DNA from: Clostridiaceae bacterium
Lineage (GTDB): Bacteria > Bacillota > Clostridia > Peptostreptococcales > Tindalliaceae
Direction of reading: 5' to 3'
Assembly: GCA_024635995.1 (NCBI GenBank)
Contig: JAGXHW010000020.1
Location: 4,136 to 68,135 of the forward strand
Length of the DNA stretch: 64,000 nucleotides
Shown: one piece after another, positions 20,177 through 28,395 of the stretch
How positions within the stretch are numbered: the first letter of the stretch is position 1
How the letters are laid out: every line of letters starts with the position of its first letter
Made by a program: the position numbers and the translations under genes
Notes under the pieces: model-generated
What the model was told of the DNA's origin: nothing
What the model saw: only the letters and a program-made list of their open reading frames with translations
The model's database searches: none

Positions 20177-21520
20177 TTACCCACGACTTACCTTTTCCAA
20201 GGCCGCATCAAGGATTTTAATGCCTGTATCCAATTGCTCTTTTGTCACCACAAAGGGAATGAGAAACCGAATTACGTTGCCCCGGGCACCGGCACTGAGG
20301 AGTACCAAGCCGTTCTGCCAACATTCTTTGATGACGGCGTTGGTTTCGTCCTTGGCAGGTGCTTTAGTGGTTCTGTCTTTTACCAGCTCAATGGCCAGCA
20401 TGATGCCGCGGCCTCTGACATCACCAATGATGTCGTGTTTTTCTTTCAAGTTGTTTAATTTCTCACTGAAATACTCACCGTAAACCTGGGCTTTGGCTGG
20501 ATAGTCATCCCGCTGCATGATTTCTATGACTTTCAGGGCAGCGGCAGCGGCCACCGGGTTACCGCTGTAAGTACCACCGATACCGCCTACGTGGGCTGAG
20601 TCCATGATCTCTGTGCGGCCTGTTACAGTGGAGATGGGCATGCCGCCGGCTATGGATTTGGCAGTGGTCCACATGTCAGGGGCTGCCGGCCAATGTTCCG
20701 TGGCAAATAGTTTGCCGGTACGGCCAAAGGAGGTTTGTATTTCGTCGGCAATGAATACAATACCGTGCTTGTCACAGATGTCTCTGATAACACCCATGTA
20801 TTCATCAGGTGGCAAGATAAACCCGCCTTCTCCCTGGAGGGGTTCCACCACAATGGCGGCTACATCAGAAGGGGCCACTTCTTCCAGGAAGAAAGATTCA
20901 AACTGTTTTGCACAGAACAGGTCGCAGTTTTCTCTCTCCTGGCCGTAGGGACACCGGTAACAGTAGGGAAACAGCATACGGTGGATGCCGGGTGTAAAAG
21001 GACCGAATTCGAATTTGTAGGGCTGTACTTTACTTGTCATGCCCATGGTCAGGTTGGTTCGACCGTGGAACGCGCCTGTGAAGACGATGATTTCACTTCG
21101 TTTGGTGTATTTTCGGGCGATTTTAATGGCATTTTCCATAGCTTCGGCACCGCTGTTCACCAGCATGGTTTTTTTCTTGAAGTCACCTGGCAGCAGGTTG
21201 TTCATGTGCTCTGCCACACGCATATACTGTTCGTAGAGCACCACGTTGATGCTGGTGTGGAAAAATTTTTCTGCCTGGTCTTTCACGGCCTGGACCACTT
21301 CCGGGTGGCTGTAGCCCACGTTCAGGACGCCAATGCCGCCAACAAAATCTAAAAACACGTTGCCATCAACGTCCTGGAACAGGACACCTTCGCCTCTTTC
21401 CACAAAGACGGGGGTGTTGACGGATACGCCGACGGGAACGTTTTCTTCTCTGAGTTTAAGTAATGCCTGGCTCCTCGGACCTGGAACAGGGGTGATGATG
21501 CTGGGGCCTTTTAATGGCAT
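20177..21520 (-). CDS. gabT: 4-aminobutyrate aminotransferase (class III PLP)
   Basis: DFVGGIGVLNVG, NSGAEAMENAIKIAR, FHGRT, EPLQGEGG, DEIQT, AKSIAGG, GGTYSGNP; start at 21520 after GAGGAGG. Confidence 0.85.
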   Translation of the reverse strand: MPLKGPSIITPVPGPRSQALLKLREENVPVGVSVNTPVFVERGEGVLFQDVDGNVFLDFVGGIGVLNVGYSHPEVVQAVKDQAEKFFHTSINVVLYEQYMRVAEHMNNLLPGDFKKKTMLVNSGAEAMENAIKIARKYTKRSEIIVFTGAFHGRTNLTMGMTSKVQPYKFEFGPFTPGIHRMLFPYCYRCPYGQERENCDLFCAKQFESFFLEEVAPSDVAAIVVEPLQGEGGFILPPDEYMGVIRDICDKHGIVFIADEIQTSFGRTGKLFATEHWPAAPDMWTTAKSIAGGMPISTVTGRTEIMDSAHVGGIGGTYSGNPVAAAAALKVIEIMQRDDYPAKAQVYGEYFSEKLNNLKEKHDIIGDVRGRGIMLAIELVKDRTTKAPAKDETNAVIKECWQNGLVLLSAGARGNVIRFLIPFVVTKEQLDTGIKILDAALEKVSRG

Positions 21521-21580
21521 GGTTGCTTCCTCCTCTTTTCTGCCCAAATTATCTCGTCGGTGTGGGCGTTGGTGTTTCTT

Positions 21581-22975
21581 CTACGCGTTTAATACGTCTC
21601 TGTTCTCCCATGTCACACTAAATTCTTTCTCAACCTCAAACAGCGTTTCATCCAGAAGATCCAGCATTTTATCCATGGTTTCATAGGACATGATACCTGG
21701 GGGCTCAATACGGTTGGTCTTGGCATTATTTAATGTACCGCCCGTCAGGACGCCACGCTTGAACAATCCTTTAGAAACCGCCCAACCCATTTCTGGGGTT
21801 GGGTAATCCAATCCAATGAGGAAACCTTTACCCCGAATGTCCATGAGAATGGGATGCTCTTCTTTCATTTTCATCAGACGGGTCATCATGTGTTTACCCT
21901 TCTCTGCCACCTGTCCTGGCAAATCTGTCTCCAACATATACTTGATGGTAGCCAGGGCCGCAGAGCAGGCTAGGGGGTTGCCACCAAAGGTGGGAGACCC
22001 CAGAATCCATGGGTTTTCTTTGATCTGGTCTGTCCACAGGTGTGGTCGTGCTATGATACCCGTGATGGGCATAATGCCACCGCCAAAAGCCTTACCATAA
22101 ACCAGAATGTCTGGCACTACATCGTCTGCTTCACAAGCCCACATGGTACCTGTACGCCCCATACCTGTCTGAATTTCATCAAAGATCAGCACCACTTCAT
22201 ATTTGTCACAGATGGCCCTCACTTTTTTCAGGTAACCTTCCGGCGGCAGAATGATACCTGCTTCACCCTGAATGGGTTCCATGATGACACCTGCCACGGT
22301 TTCACCGGTTTTGATCAGATTACTAATGGCTTTTTCCAACGCAACTGCGTCACCATATTCCACATGCATCACACCAGGAATTAACGGTTTATAAGGCTCA
22401 CGGTATGTGCCTTTACCGTTCACAGACACAGCTCCCATGCTCTTACCATGGAACCCCCCAGTCATTGAGATATACCATTGTTTACCAGTGGCCAGCCGCG
22501 CCAGTTTTAAGGCCATTTCAACTGCTTCTGCCCCACCATTTGTGAAGAAAGCATATTGCAGATCACCAGGGGTGATCATGGCTAAAATTTTTGCTAAATA
22601 ACCTCTTAGTGGGTCTACCAATTCCTGGCTGTGGAGAGCATAACGATCCAGTTGGGCTTTTACATATTTAAGGATTTCAGGGTTTCTGTGCCCACACATG
22701 TAAATGCCGTAACCGCCCAGTACATCAATAAATTCTTTTCCATATACATCCTTAAAGGTTTCAGCGCCGTCTTCCCACTCAACGAATGTGGCATCTGTGG
22801 AAACTGATTTGCGATAAATTAGCCACCCCGGATTTACGTGCTCATTAAAGTTTTCCACTGAATCTTTTACGATAGCATCTTTGTCTTCAGCACCCAGTGC
22901 CGGTTTTTCAATGTATCCAAGTACCCGTTTCACTTCTTTCAACGCTTTGACTTTATCCGTTGGCATTGTTTTCAT
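21581..22975 (-). CDS. patA: Putrescine aminotransferase (PatA/YgjG-like)
   Basis: HVNPGWLIYRKSV, LHSQELVDPLRGYLAKILA, TPGDLQY, EPIQGEAGIILPP, GKAFGGGIMPI, GTLNNAKT..IEPP closely follow PatA. Confidence 0.88.
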   Translation of the reverse strand: MKTMPTDKVKALKEVKRVLGYIEKPALGAEDKDAIVKDSVENFNEHVNPGWLIYRKSVSTDATFVEWEDGAETFKDVYGKEFIDVLGGYGIYMCGHRNPEILKYVKAQLDRYALHSQELVDPLRGYLAKILAMITPGDLQYAFFTNGGAEAVEMALKLARLATGKQWYISMTGGFHGKSMGAVSVNGKGTYREPYKPLIPGVMHVEYGDAVALEKAISNLIKTGETVAGVIMEPIQGEAGIILPPEGYLKKVRAICDKYEVVLIFDEIQTGMGRTGTMWACEADDVVPDILVYGKAFGGGIMPITGIIARPHLWTDQIKENPWILGSPTFGGNPLACSAALATIKYMLETDLPGQVAEKGKHMMTRLMKMKEEHPILMDIRGKGFLIGLDYPTPEMGWAVSKGLFKRGVLTGGTLNNAKTNRIEPPGIMSYETMDKMLDLLDETLFEVEKEFSVTWENRDVLNA

Positions 22976-23016
22976 CCTCCTTTAATGGTAATGATTATTT
23001 CCTATTAAAAGGAAGA

Positions 23017-23032
23017 TGCAAATCCCGTGCCA
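23017..23032 (-). promoter_or_regulatory. Sigma54 (-24/-12) promoter of patA-gabT
   Basis: Minus strand TGGCAC-GGGAT-TTGCA, consensus match. Confidence 0.9.
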
Positions 23033-23128
23033 TTTATACATTCAAATCATATTTTTCAAACTATTCAGTTATTCCAAGTATTGAAAGACCTTTCTTTCGA
23101 CGATGAATGATTAATTACTAGTGGCATT

Positions 23129-23161
23129 TCTCAACCTCGATATATAATCTCAATATTAAGA
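23129..23161. promoter_or_regulatory. Putative UAS pair upstream of the patA sigma54 promoter
   Basis: TCTCA-ACCT-CGATA and TCTCA-ATAT-TAAGA, the same motif as at 18159-18257. Confidence 0.6.
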
Positions 23162-23251
23162 TGTATGTAATAAATTAACTTCAATGGATTGACATCTACT
23201 ATTAGTACCTGGTATTATTTTTTTAACACCAACATATGAGGAGTGATACGC

Positions 23252-24085
23252 ATGTCATCCATCCATATCATTACAGACAGCACCGCTTACCTTGAAAAAT
23301 CATATTTGGAACATTATCCTGTAACCGTTGTTCCACTCTCTGTTCATTTTGATGGGGAGGTTGAAAAAGAAGGCCTTCCTGGCACTTTTGATACATTCTA
23401 TGAAAAACTGAAAACCAGCAGTTCTTTTCCATCGACTTCTCAGCCTTCTGCAGGTGAATTTTTAAAAGCATATCAAGAATCATTGGACCAGGGAAATGAA
23501 ATTATAGTCATGACCATTTCATCTGGCATAAGCGGCACCTATCACAGTGCTCACACAGCCGTAGAATTATCAGGAGCATCTGCTATGATTTCACTCATTG
23601 ATTCCCAAACGACTGCCGGCAATTTAAAGGGTTTGGTTCAGATGGCTGTCAGTCTGGCTGCAGAAGGAAAAGATCGAAAAGAGATTGTCTCCATCCTGGA
23701 AGCCCAAAAAATCAAGAGCGGCGTGCGTTTAACCGTGGATACACTGGATTATTTGAAGAAAGGCGGCCGACTGTCAAATGCTGGTGCATTAATCGGTAAT
23801 TTACTAAACATAAAGCCCGTACTTGGATTGATCAATGGCGTCATCCAGCCCATCTTAAAGGCCAGAGGCAAGAAAAAAGCGTTGCAGAAAATGATGGACG
23901 CCATACCTCCAACCAGCTTTCTAATTCACATCGCACACGCCTTGGCTTTTAAGGAAGCAGAACAGTTGAAAGAACAGGTTGCTCAAAAATTTCCCGATGC
24001 CACTGTGGTTTTATCTGAGCTGGGCCCGGTGATTGGATCTCATTTGGGACCAGGCGCACTGGGCATATTATATTTACACCATTAA
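23252..24085 (+). CDS. DegV-family fatty-acid-binding protein
   Basis: IITDST, TSQPSAG, ISSGISGTY, IDS, LKKGGRL, LNIKP, HLGPG. Confidence 0.92.
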   Translation: MSSIHIITDSTAYLEKSYLEHYPVTVVPLSVHFDGEVEKEGLPGTFDTFYEKLKTSSSFPSTSQPSAGEFLKAYQESLDQGNEIIVMTISSGISGTYHSAHTAVELSGASAMISLIDSQTTAGNLKGLVQMAVSLAAEGKDRKEIVSILEAQKIKSGVRLTVDTLDYLKKGGRLSNAGALIGNLLNIKPVLGLINGVIQPILKARGKKKALQKMMDAIPPTSFLIHIAHALAFKEAEQLKEQVAQKFPDATVVLSELGPVIGSHLGPGALGILYLHH

Positions 24086-24094
24086 AGAAATAAT

Positions 24095-24141
24095 AAAATG
24101 AGGATGTCGCTAACCATACGGTTACGAGACATCCTCATTTT
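24095..24141. terminator. Bidirectional terminator
   Basis: AAAATGAGGATGTC...GACATCCTCATTTT between convergent genes. Confidence 0.75.
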
Positions 24142-24847
24142 ATTGACTGTCCACTTCAAGAAAATGAATGTTTTTTTCCCTGTGCGGCCCCGCTATGGTC
24201 ATGTTTTCTTCATAAGTGATGGTCGAAATGATTCCATCACTCTCCATAAACTCAAAAATAAATGTACGAGCAGCCACATAGCGTTTGAATTCATTCACAT
24301 TTCCAATGGCCTTCACCTGATATGGAGGTGCCACAGGCTTACCATTCACTTGAATATGGTTGCCTGCCAGCGTCATCTCGCTCCGACCGGTGATCCGATG
24401 GTCATTTATAGAAACAACCTCGGCCCCATTGGTTCGCAGTTCGTTCACCAGTGTAATCAGGTATTTCCGCTGGTGTATCATAGGTGCTATGTTTTCTTCA
24501 TAAATCCCTTCCAGCAGAATGACAATGCCGGGTCCCTGAACGCTCCTGTGACCTGCCATCATTTGATATTCCTGTACATTTGCCAGCAATCTCTGTAGTT
24601 CGGTGTTATCTTCCGCTCTTTCAGTTTCCATGGATTCAATGGTTGTCCTCAAATCAATGATGCGCTGTCTCATGGCTTCCGTTTCATCGAGTAATCCCGC
24701 CACATCCTGGGAATCGGTTTCCAATTCATTTGTTAAGCCAATACCCGTGAGCTCCATCATCGTGGAATCAGGATTCAGGTTGATGCCAATAATAATGCCA
24801 TAGGCCATAAACAAAAATATAATGAAGCCTTTCATTTTCATGCTCAC
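24140..24847 (-). CDS. DUF881-family protein
   Basis: N-terminal TM, coiled coil, VQGPGIVI, VNELR..GAE..SIND.RI, PPYQVKAIG. Confidence 0.8.
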   Translation of the reverse strand: MSMKMKGFIIFLFMAYGIIIGINLNPDSTMMELTGIGLTNELETDSQDVAGLLDETEAMRQRIIDLRTTIESMETERAEDNTELQRLLANVQEYQMMAGHRSVQGPGIVILLEGIYEENIAPMIHQRKYLITLVNELRTNGAEVVSINDHRITGRSEMTLAGNHIQVNGKPVAPPYQVKAIGNVNEFKRYVAARTFIFEFMESDGIISTITYEENMTIAGPHREKNIHFLEVDSQ

Positions 24848-24869
24848 ACATTCACATCCTTTATGTCAG

Positions 24870-25862
24870 CTAAACCAGACCCAAACGATCCCTTACCAGC
24901 GTCATTGTGACGTCAGCTTTTTTACTTGCTCTTTCTGCTCCATTGACATAAACATCCTTTAAGACATCAGGATTTTTCATATAGTGGGCATATTTTTCTC
25001 TGAATGGCTCGGTTAAACCCGTGATTAGTTCAGCAATATCCATTTTAAAGGTGCCATATCCCTTATCTTGGTAATGTGCTTCAATCTCACTCATTGTCCA
25101 GCCTGATAACGTTGCATGGATAATCATGAGGTTTTGAACCCCTGGCTGCGCATCATTATATTTCACTGCATTCATACTGTCCGTAACCGCTTTCTTCAGC
25201 TTTTTCACAATGACATCCTTGGGATCCAACATGTGAATGACCCCATTTTGGTTTTCATCCGACTTCGACATTTTCTTAAGTGGTTCCTGCAGGCTCATTA
25301 TTCTGGCACCGATTTTTCCTAAATATATGTGCGGGACTGTAAATGTTTCTCCATATGCATTGTTAAAGCGCAGGGCAACGTCACGGCATAGTTCCAGATG
25401 CTGCCGTTGGTCATCACCAACAGGCACCAGATCTGCCTGGTAAAGCAAAATATCAGCTGCCATTAAAACCGGGTAGGTGTATAACCCTGCGTTTATATTG
25501 TCCTTGTGCTTGTCGGCCTTGTCTTTAAATTGTGTCATTCTGCTGAGTTCACCCATATAGGTAAAGCAGCTCAGCATCCATGCCAGTTCTGTGTGTTCAC
25601 GCACGTGGGATTGAAAAAATAACACATTTTTTTTCGGATCCAGTCCAGCGGCAAGGTATTGGGCCAGAAATGACAGGTTTGCCTGTTTAAAGTCATCAGG
25701 ATCTTGTTTAACAGTCAATGAGTGTAAATCAACAATTGAATAATAACACTCATAATCCCTTTCCAATTCTTTCCAATTCTGGATTGCACCAATGTAGTTG
25801 CCCAGTGTTAAACTTCCCGTTGGCTGCGCGCCACTGAATATGACTTTAAGTTGTTTTTCCAT
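24870..25862 (-). CDS. trpS: Tryptophanyl-tRNA synthetase
   Basis: FSGAQPTG..TLGNYIGA, YPVLMAADIL, VPVGDDQRQH, KMSKS; ATG at 25862 after AAGGAG. Confidence 0.96.
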   Translation of the reverse strand: MEKQLKVIFSGAQPTGSLTLGNYIGAIQNWKELERDYECYYSIVDLHSLTVKQDPDDFKQANLSFLAQYLAAGLDPKKNVLFFQSHVREHTELAWMLSCFTYMGELSRMTQFKDKADKHKDNINAGLYTYPVLMAADILLYQADLVPVGDDQRQHLELCRDVALRFNNAYGETFTVPHIYLGKIGARIMSLQEPLKKMSKSDENQNGVIHMLDPKDVIVKKLKKAVTDSMNAVKYNDAQPGVQNLMIIHATLSGWTMSEIEAHYQDKGYGTFKMDIAELITGLTEPFREKYAHYMKNPDVLKDVYVNGAERASKKADVTMTLVRDRLGLV

Positions 25863-25925
25863 AGTTGGCTCCTTCTTAATTTGATATTTAACACTATTCA
25901 TTATATCACAGACATCAATTCATCA

Positions 25926-25952
25926 AGAAAAAACCTCCCAGGGGGAGGTCTC
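25926..25952 (-). terminator. Terminator after the glutaredoxin gene
   Basis: Minus strand GACCTCCC-CCT-GGGAGGTT followed by a T tract. Confidence 0.7.
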
Positions 25953-25968
25953 TTTCATTGGTTTTCTA

Positions 25969-26199
25969 CTAGTCCAGAAGACTATCGATCTTGGCTTTAT
26001 CTACACCAACGATCATCTCGTCCCCAATTTTAATGACAGGCACCGCCATGATGCCTGCTGACATCAACTCTTTTCGGGCAGAAACATCTGATTGTACATT
26101 TTTCTCAACAAATTCGACACCTTTTTGGGCTAAATAATCCTTAGCCGTCGCACAATGAGGTCATGTATTACTGGTATAAACCACCACTTTTTTGTCCAT
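25969..26199 (-). CDS. Selenocysteine-containing glutaredoxin/NrdH-like redoxin (UPHC), 76 aa
   Basis: Not in the ORF track. RBS AAGGGAGG; MDKKVVVYTSNT-TGA-PHCATAKDYLAQKGVEFVEKNV...GIMAVPVIKIGDEMIVGVDKAKIDSLLD; in-frame TGA at 26161-26163 in the CxxC position. Confidence 0.88.
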
Positions 26200-26347
26200 T
26201 ATTATGCCTCCCTTCAATATTAGCGCTCTCACATGAAACATTATACCCCGCAAGAGAAAATTAAAACAGCCATTCGCGCAGTCTGGAAAACAACTGGCGA
26301 TCGACTGCATGACTAAATCATAGCATTTGAGTTTACTTATTCCTCAC

Positions 26348-26692
26348 TTATGGTACAACAAACATTAGATGTCTTTTTTCTGGCACCTCCACAGTCATGA
26401 TTGCCAGTTTATAGGGAAAAGAAGTGGGATTGATCAGGTTATCTCCCAGAAACAACCGAATTTCCTGTATATTATCTGTGTTCAGTGAATAAAACATCCA
26501 TTTGCCCCGTTTGTCCACCTGGACCAATGCGGATTGCTGCAAAATTTTCATGTGGTGAGAGATCGTTGGTTGCTTAAGATCAAAGTTCTCCTGAATATCA
26601 CAGGCACACTTTTCTCCGTCTGCCAGCATCATTAAAATACGCAGGCGCGTTTCATCTCCTAAAGCTTTAAAACAATCTGCCTGTTCCCGCAT
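26348..26692 (-). CDS. ArsR/SmtB-family repressor
   Basis: FKALGDETRLRIL..CACDI..QPTISHHMKIL..GKWMFYSL; ATG at 26692. Confidence 0.9.
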   Translation of the reverse strand: MREQADCFKALGDETRLRILMMLADGEKCACDIQENFDLKQPTISHHMKILQQSALVQVDKRGKWMFYSLNTDNIQEIRLFLGDNLINPTSFPYKLAIMTVEVPEKRHLMFVVP

Positions 26693-26860
26693 TTGAACAC
26701 CTCTTCCTTTGGAATCTAACCTCACGTTGATCACCCAGGAATGTAGTCATCTGATAAATGGCACTTTCACATATCACTTCGTTAATTTTATCACATGTTT
26801 AGTTAAAAAAACAGACATTTGTCAATAATGTCTGTTTTTCGTATCACATTAACAATCTGT

Positions 26861-27511
26861 TCAGTTTATTTCCACCCGTTCTCCAGTGACCATATAGATG
26901 ACCCTCTCACCGATATTTGTTGCATGATCTGCGATTCTTTCCAGAAAACGTCCAATGAACAGTAAGTTGATGGCTTGTTTGATGATCTTCTGGTCACGAA
27001 TCATCATTTCCAGTAATTCTGTGTAAATGGACTCATATAAGTCATCCACTGCATCATCATCATGGGCCACTTCCCTGGCTAAGGCAACGTCTTCCTTCAT
27101 GAAAGCATCCAAGGCCTTGGCCACCATGTCTTCCGCCAAATGCGCCATACGTGGTATGTCAACCAAGGGTTTAACGAAAGGTTCTTCCCCAATGATTTCA
27201 GTTTGTTTGGCAATGTTAACGGCATGATCTCCCATACGTTCAAGGTCGGTAATGGCTTTTAAAATGGTACCAATGATCCTTAGATCCTTTGCCATTGGCT
27301 GTTGAAGGGCAATCAGGCGCATGCATTCAGTTTCAATCTCCAGTTCCAGTTCATCGATACGATCATCCATCAGGTAGATGTTCCTGGCTTTTTCCATGTC
27401 TTGGTTTAATAGTGCGACCAGTGATTCTTCAATAATTTTCTGAACCAATGAACCCATTTTAATCAATTTAATTTTCAGGTTTTTCAGCTGTTCTGTGTAC
27501 TCTGTTCTCAT
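26861..27511 (-). CDS. phoU: Phosphate signalling protein PhoU
   Basis: LQQPMAKDLR, DLERMGDHAVNIA, LERIADHATNIGE. Confidence 0.96.
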   Translation of the reverse strand: MRTEYTEQLKNLKIKLIKMGSLVQKIIEESLVALLNQDMEKARNIYLMDDRIDELELEIETECMRLIALQQPMAKDLRIIGTILKAITDLERMGDHAVNIAKQTEIIGEEPFVKPLVDIPRMAHLAEDMVAKALDAFMKEDVALAREVAHDDDAVDDLYESIYTELLEMMIRDQKIIKQAINLLFIGRFLERIADHATNIGERVIYMVTGERVEIN

Positions 27512-27528
27512 TTTACACCCTCCATTTT

Positions 27529-28281
27529 CTAACCAAATCTGCCGGAAACATAATCTTCCGTGCGCTTATCAGCGGGTTGTGTGAATATCTTCTGTGTATG
27601 ATCTGATTCAACAATTTCACCCATTAAAAAGAAAGAAGTTCTGTCTGAGATCCGTGCCGCCTGGTGCATGGAATGAGTGACAATGACAATGGTGTAATCT
27701 TCTTTCAAATGACCAATTAGTTCCTCTATTTTAGATGTGGCGATGGGATCGAGGGCTGATGTTGGTTCGTCCATTAAAATAACTTCAGGTTCCATAGCAA
27801 GGGCGCGGGCAATGCACAAACGTTGTTGTTGACCGCCTGACAGTTCTAATGCAGAATCATTCAGCCTGTCTTTCACTTCATCCCATAAAACGGCTTTTCG
27901 AAGATTTTTTTCTACAATTTCTTCCAATTGACTGCGGGACTTGATCCCATAGCGTCGTGGACCATACACAACGTTCTCAAAAATTGATTTTCCAAATGGG
28001 TTGGGCTTCTGAAAAACCATTCCCATACTTCTTCTCAGGGATACAACATCCACCCCCGGATCGTATATGTTGATGTCACCTACCCGGATATCACCTTCAA
28101 CCCGGGCTTCCTCCACCAGGTCATTCATGCGGTTCAGTGTTCTTATGAAGGAAGATTTTCCACAACCGGAAGGTCCGATGAGAGCCATCACTTCTTTTTC
28201 ATGAATCTCCAGGTTAATATTTTTAAGGGCATGAAACCCACCATAATGCAAGTTCAAGTTTTTTACAATGATACCAGCCAC
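27529..28281 (-). CDS. pstB: Phosphate ABC ATPase PstB (copy adjacent to phoU)
   Basis: [50 protein letters not shown]. Confidence 0.95.
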   Translation of the reverse strand: MAGIIVKNLNLHYGGFHALKNINLEIHEKEVMALIGPSGCGKSSFIRTLNRMNDLVEEARVEGDIRVGDINIYDPGVDVVSLRRSMGMVFQKPNPFGKSIFENVVYGPRRYGIKSRSQLEEIVEKNLRKAVLWDEVKDRLNDSALELSGGQQQRLCIARALAMEPEVILMDEPTSALDPIATSKIEELIGHLKEDYTIVIVTHSMHQAARISDRTSFFLMGEIVESDHTQKIFTQPADKRTEDYVSGRFG

Positions 28282-28356
28282 AATAATACCTCCACTCCGG
28301 AACCATCCAATAAATTATGCTCTACTATTCAGTATACCTTGCAACAAAGTGTAAAT

Positions 28357-28395
28357 CGTTAAGGTTGGGTAAAGGCAAGGTAAAAAAGCAGTTAA
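28357..28395 (-). promoter_or_regulatory. Pho box array upstream of pstB-phoU
   Basis: Minus-strand hexamers TTAACT, TTTACC, TTTACC, TTAACG at exact 11-bp spacing; -10-like TATACT near 28331-28336. Confidence 0.75.

Noticed and set aside
20142-22601. Several plus-strand ORFs up to 205 aa opposite gabT/patA, and similar antisense ORFs across the window
   Set aside because: They lie opposite well-supported genes and show no recognisable motifs; typical shadow frames.
25863-25925. T-box leader for trpS
   Set aside because: Only ~60 nt lie between the upstream terminator and the start, with no GGTGGNACC motif.
26726-26760. CCCAGGAATGTAGTCATCTGATAAA as another remnant of the dispersed repeat
   Set aside because: The similarity rests on recollection of clostridial repeats; there is no matching copy within this window.
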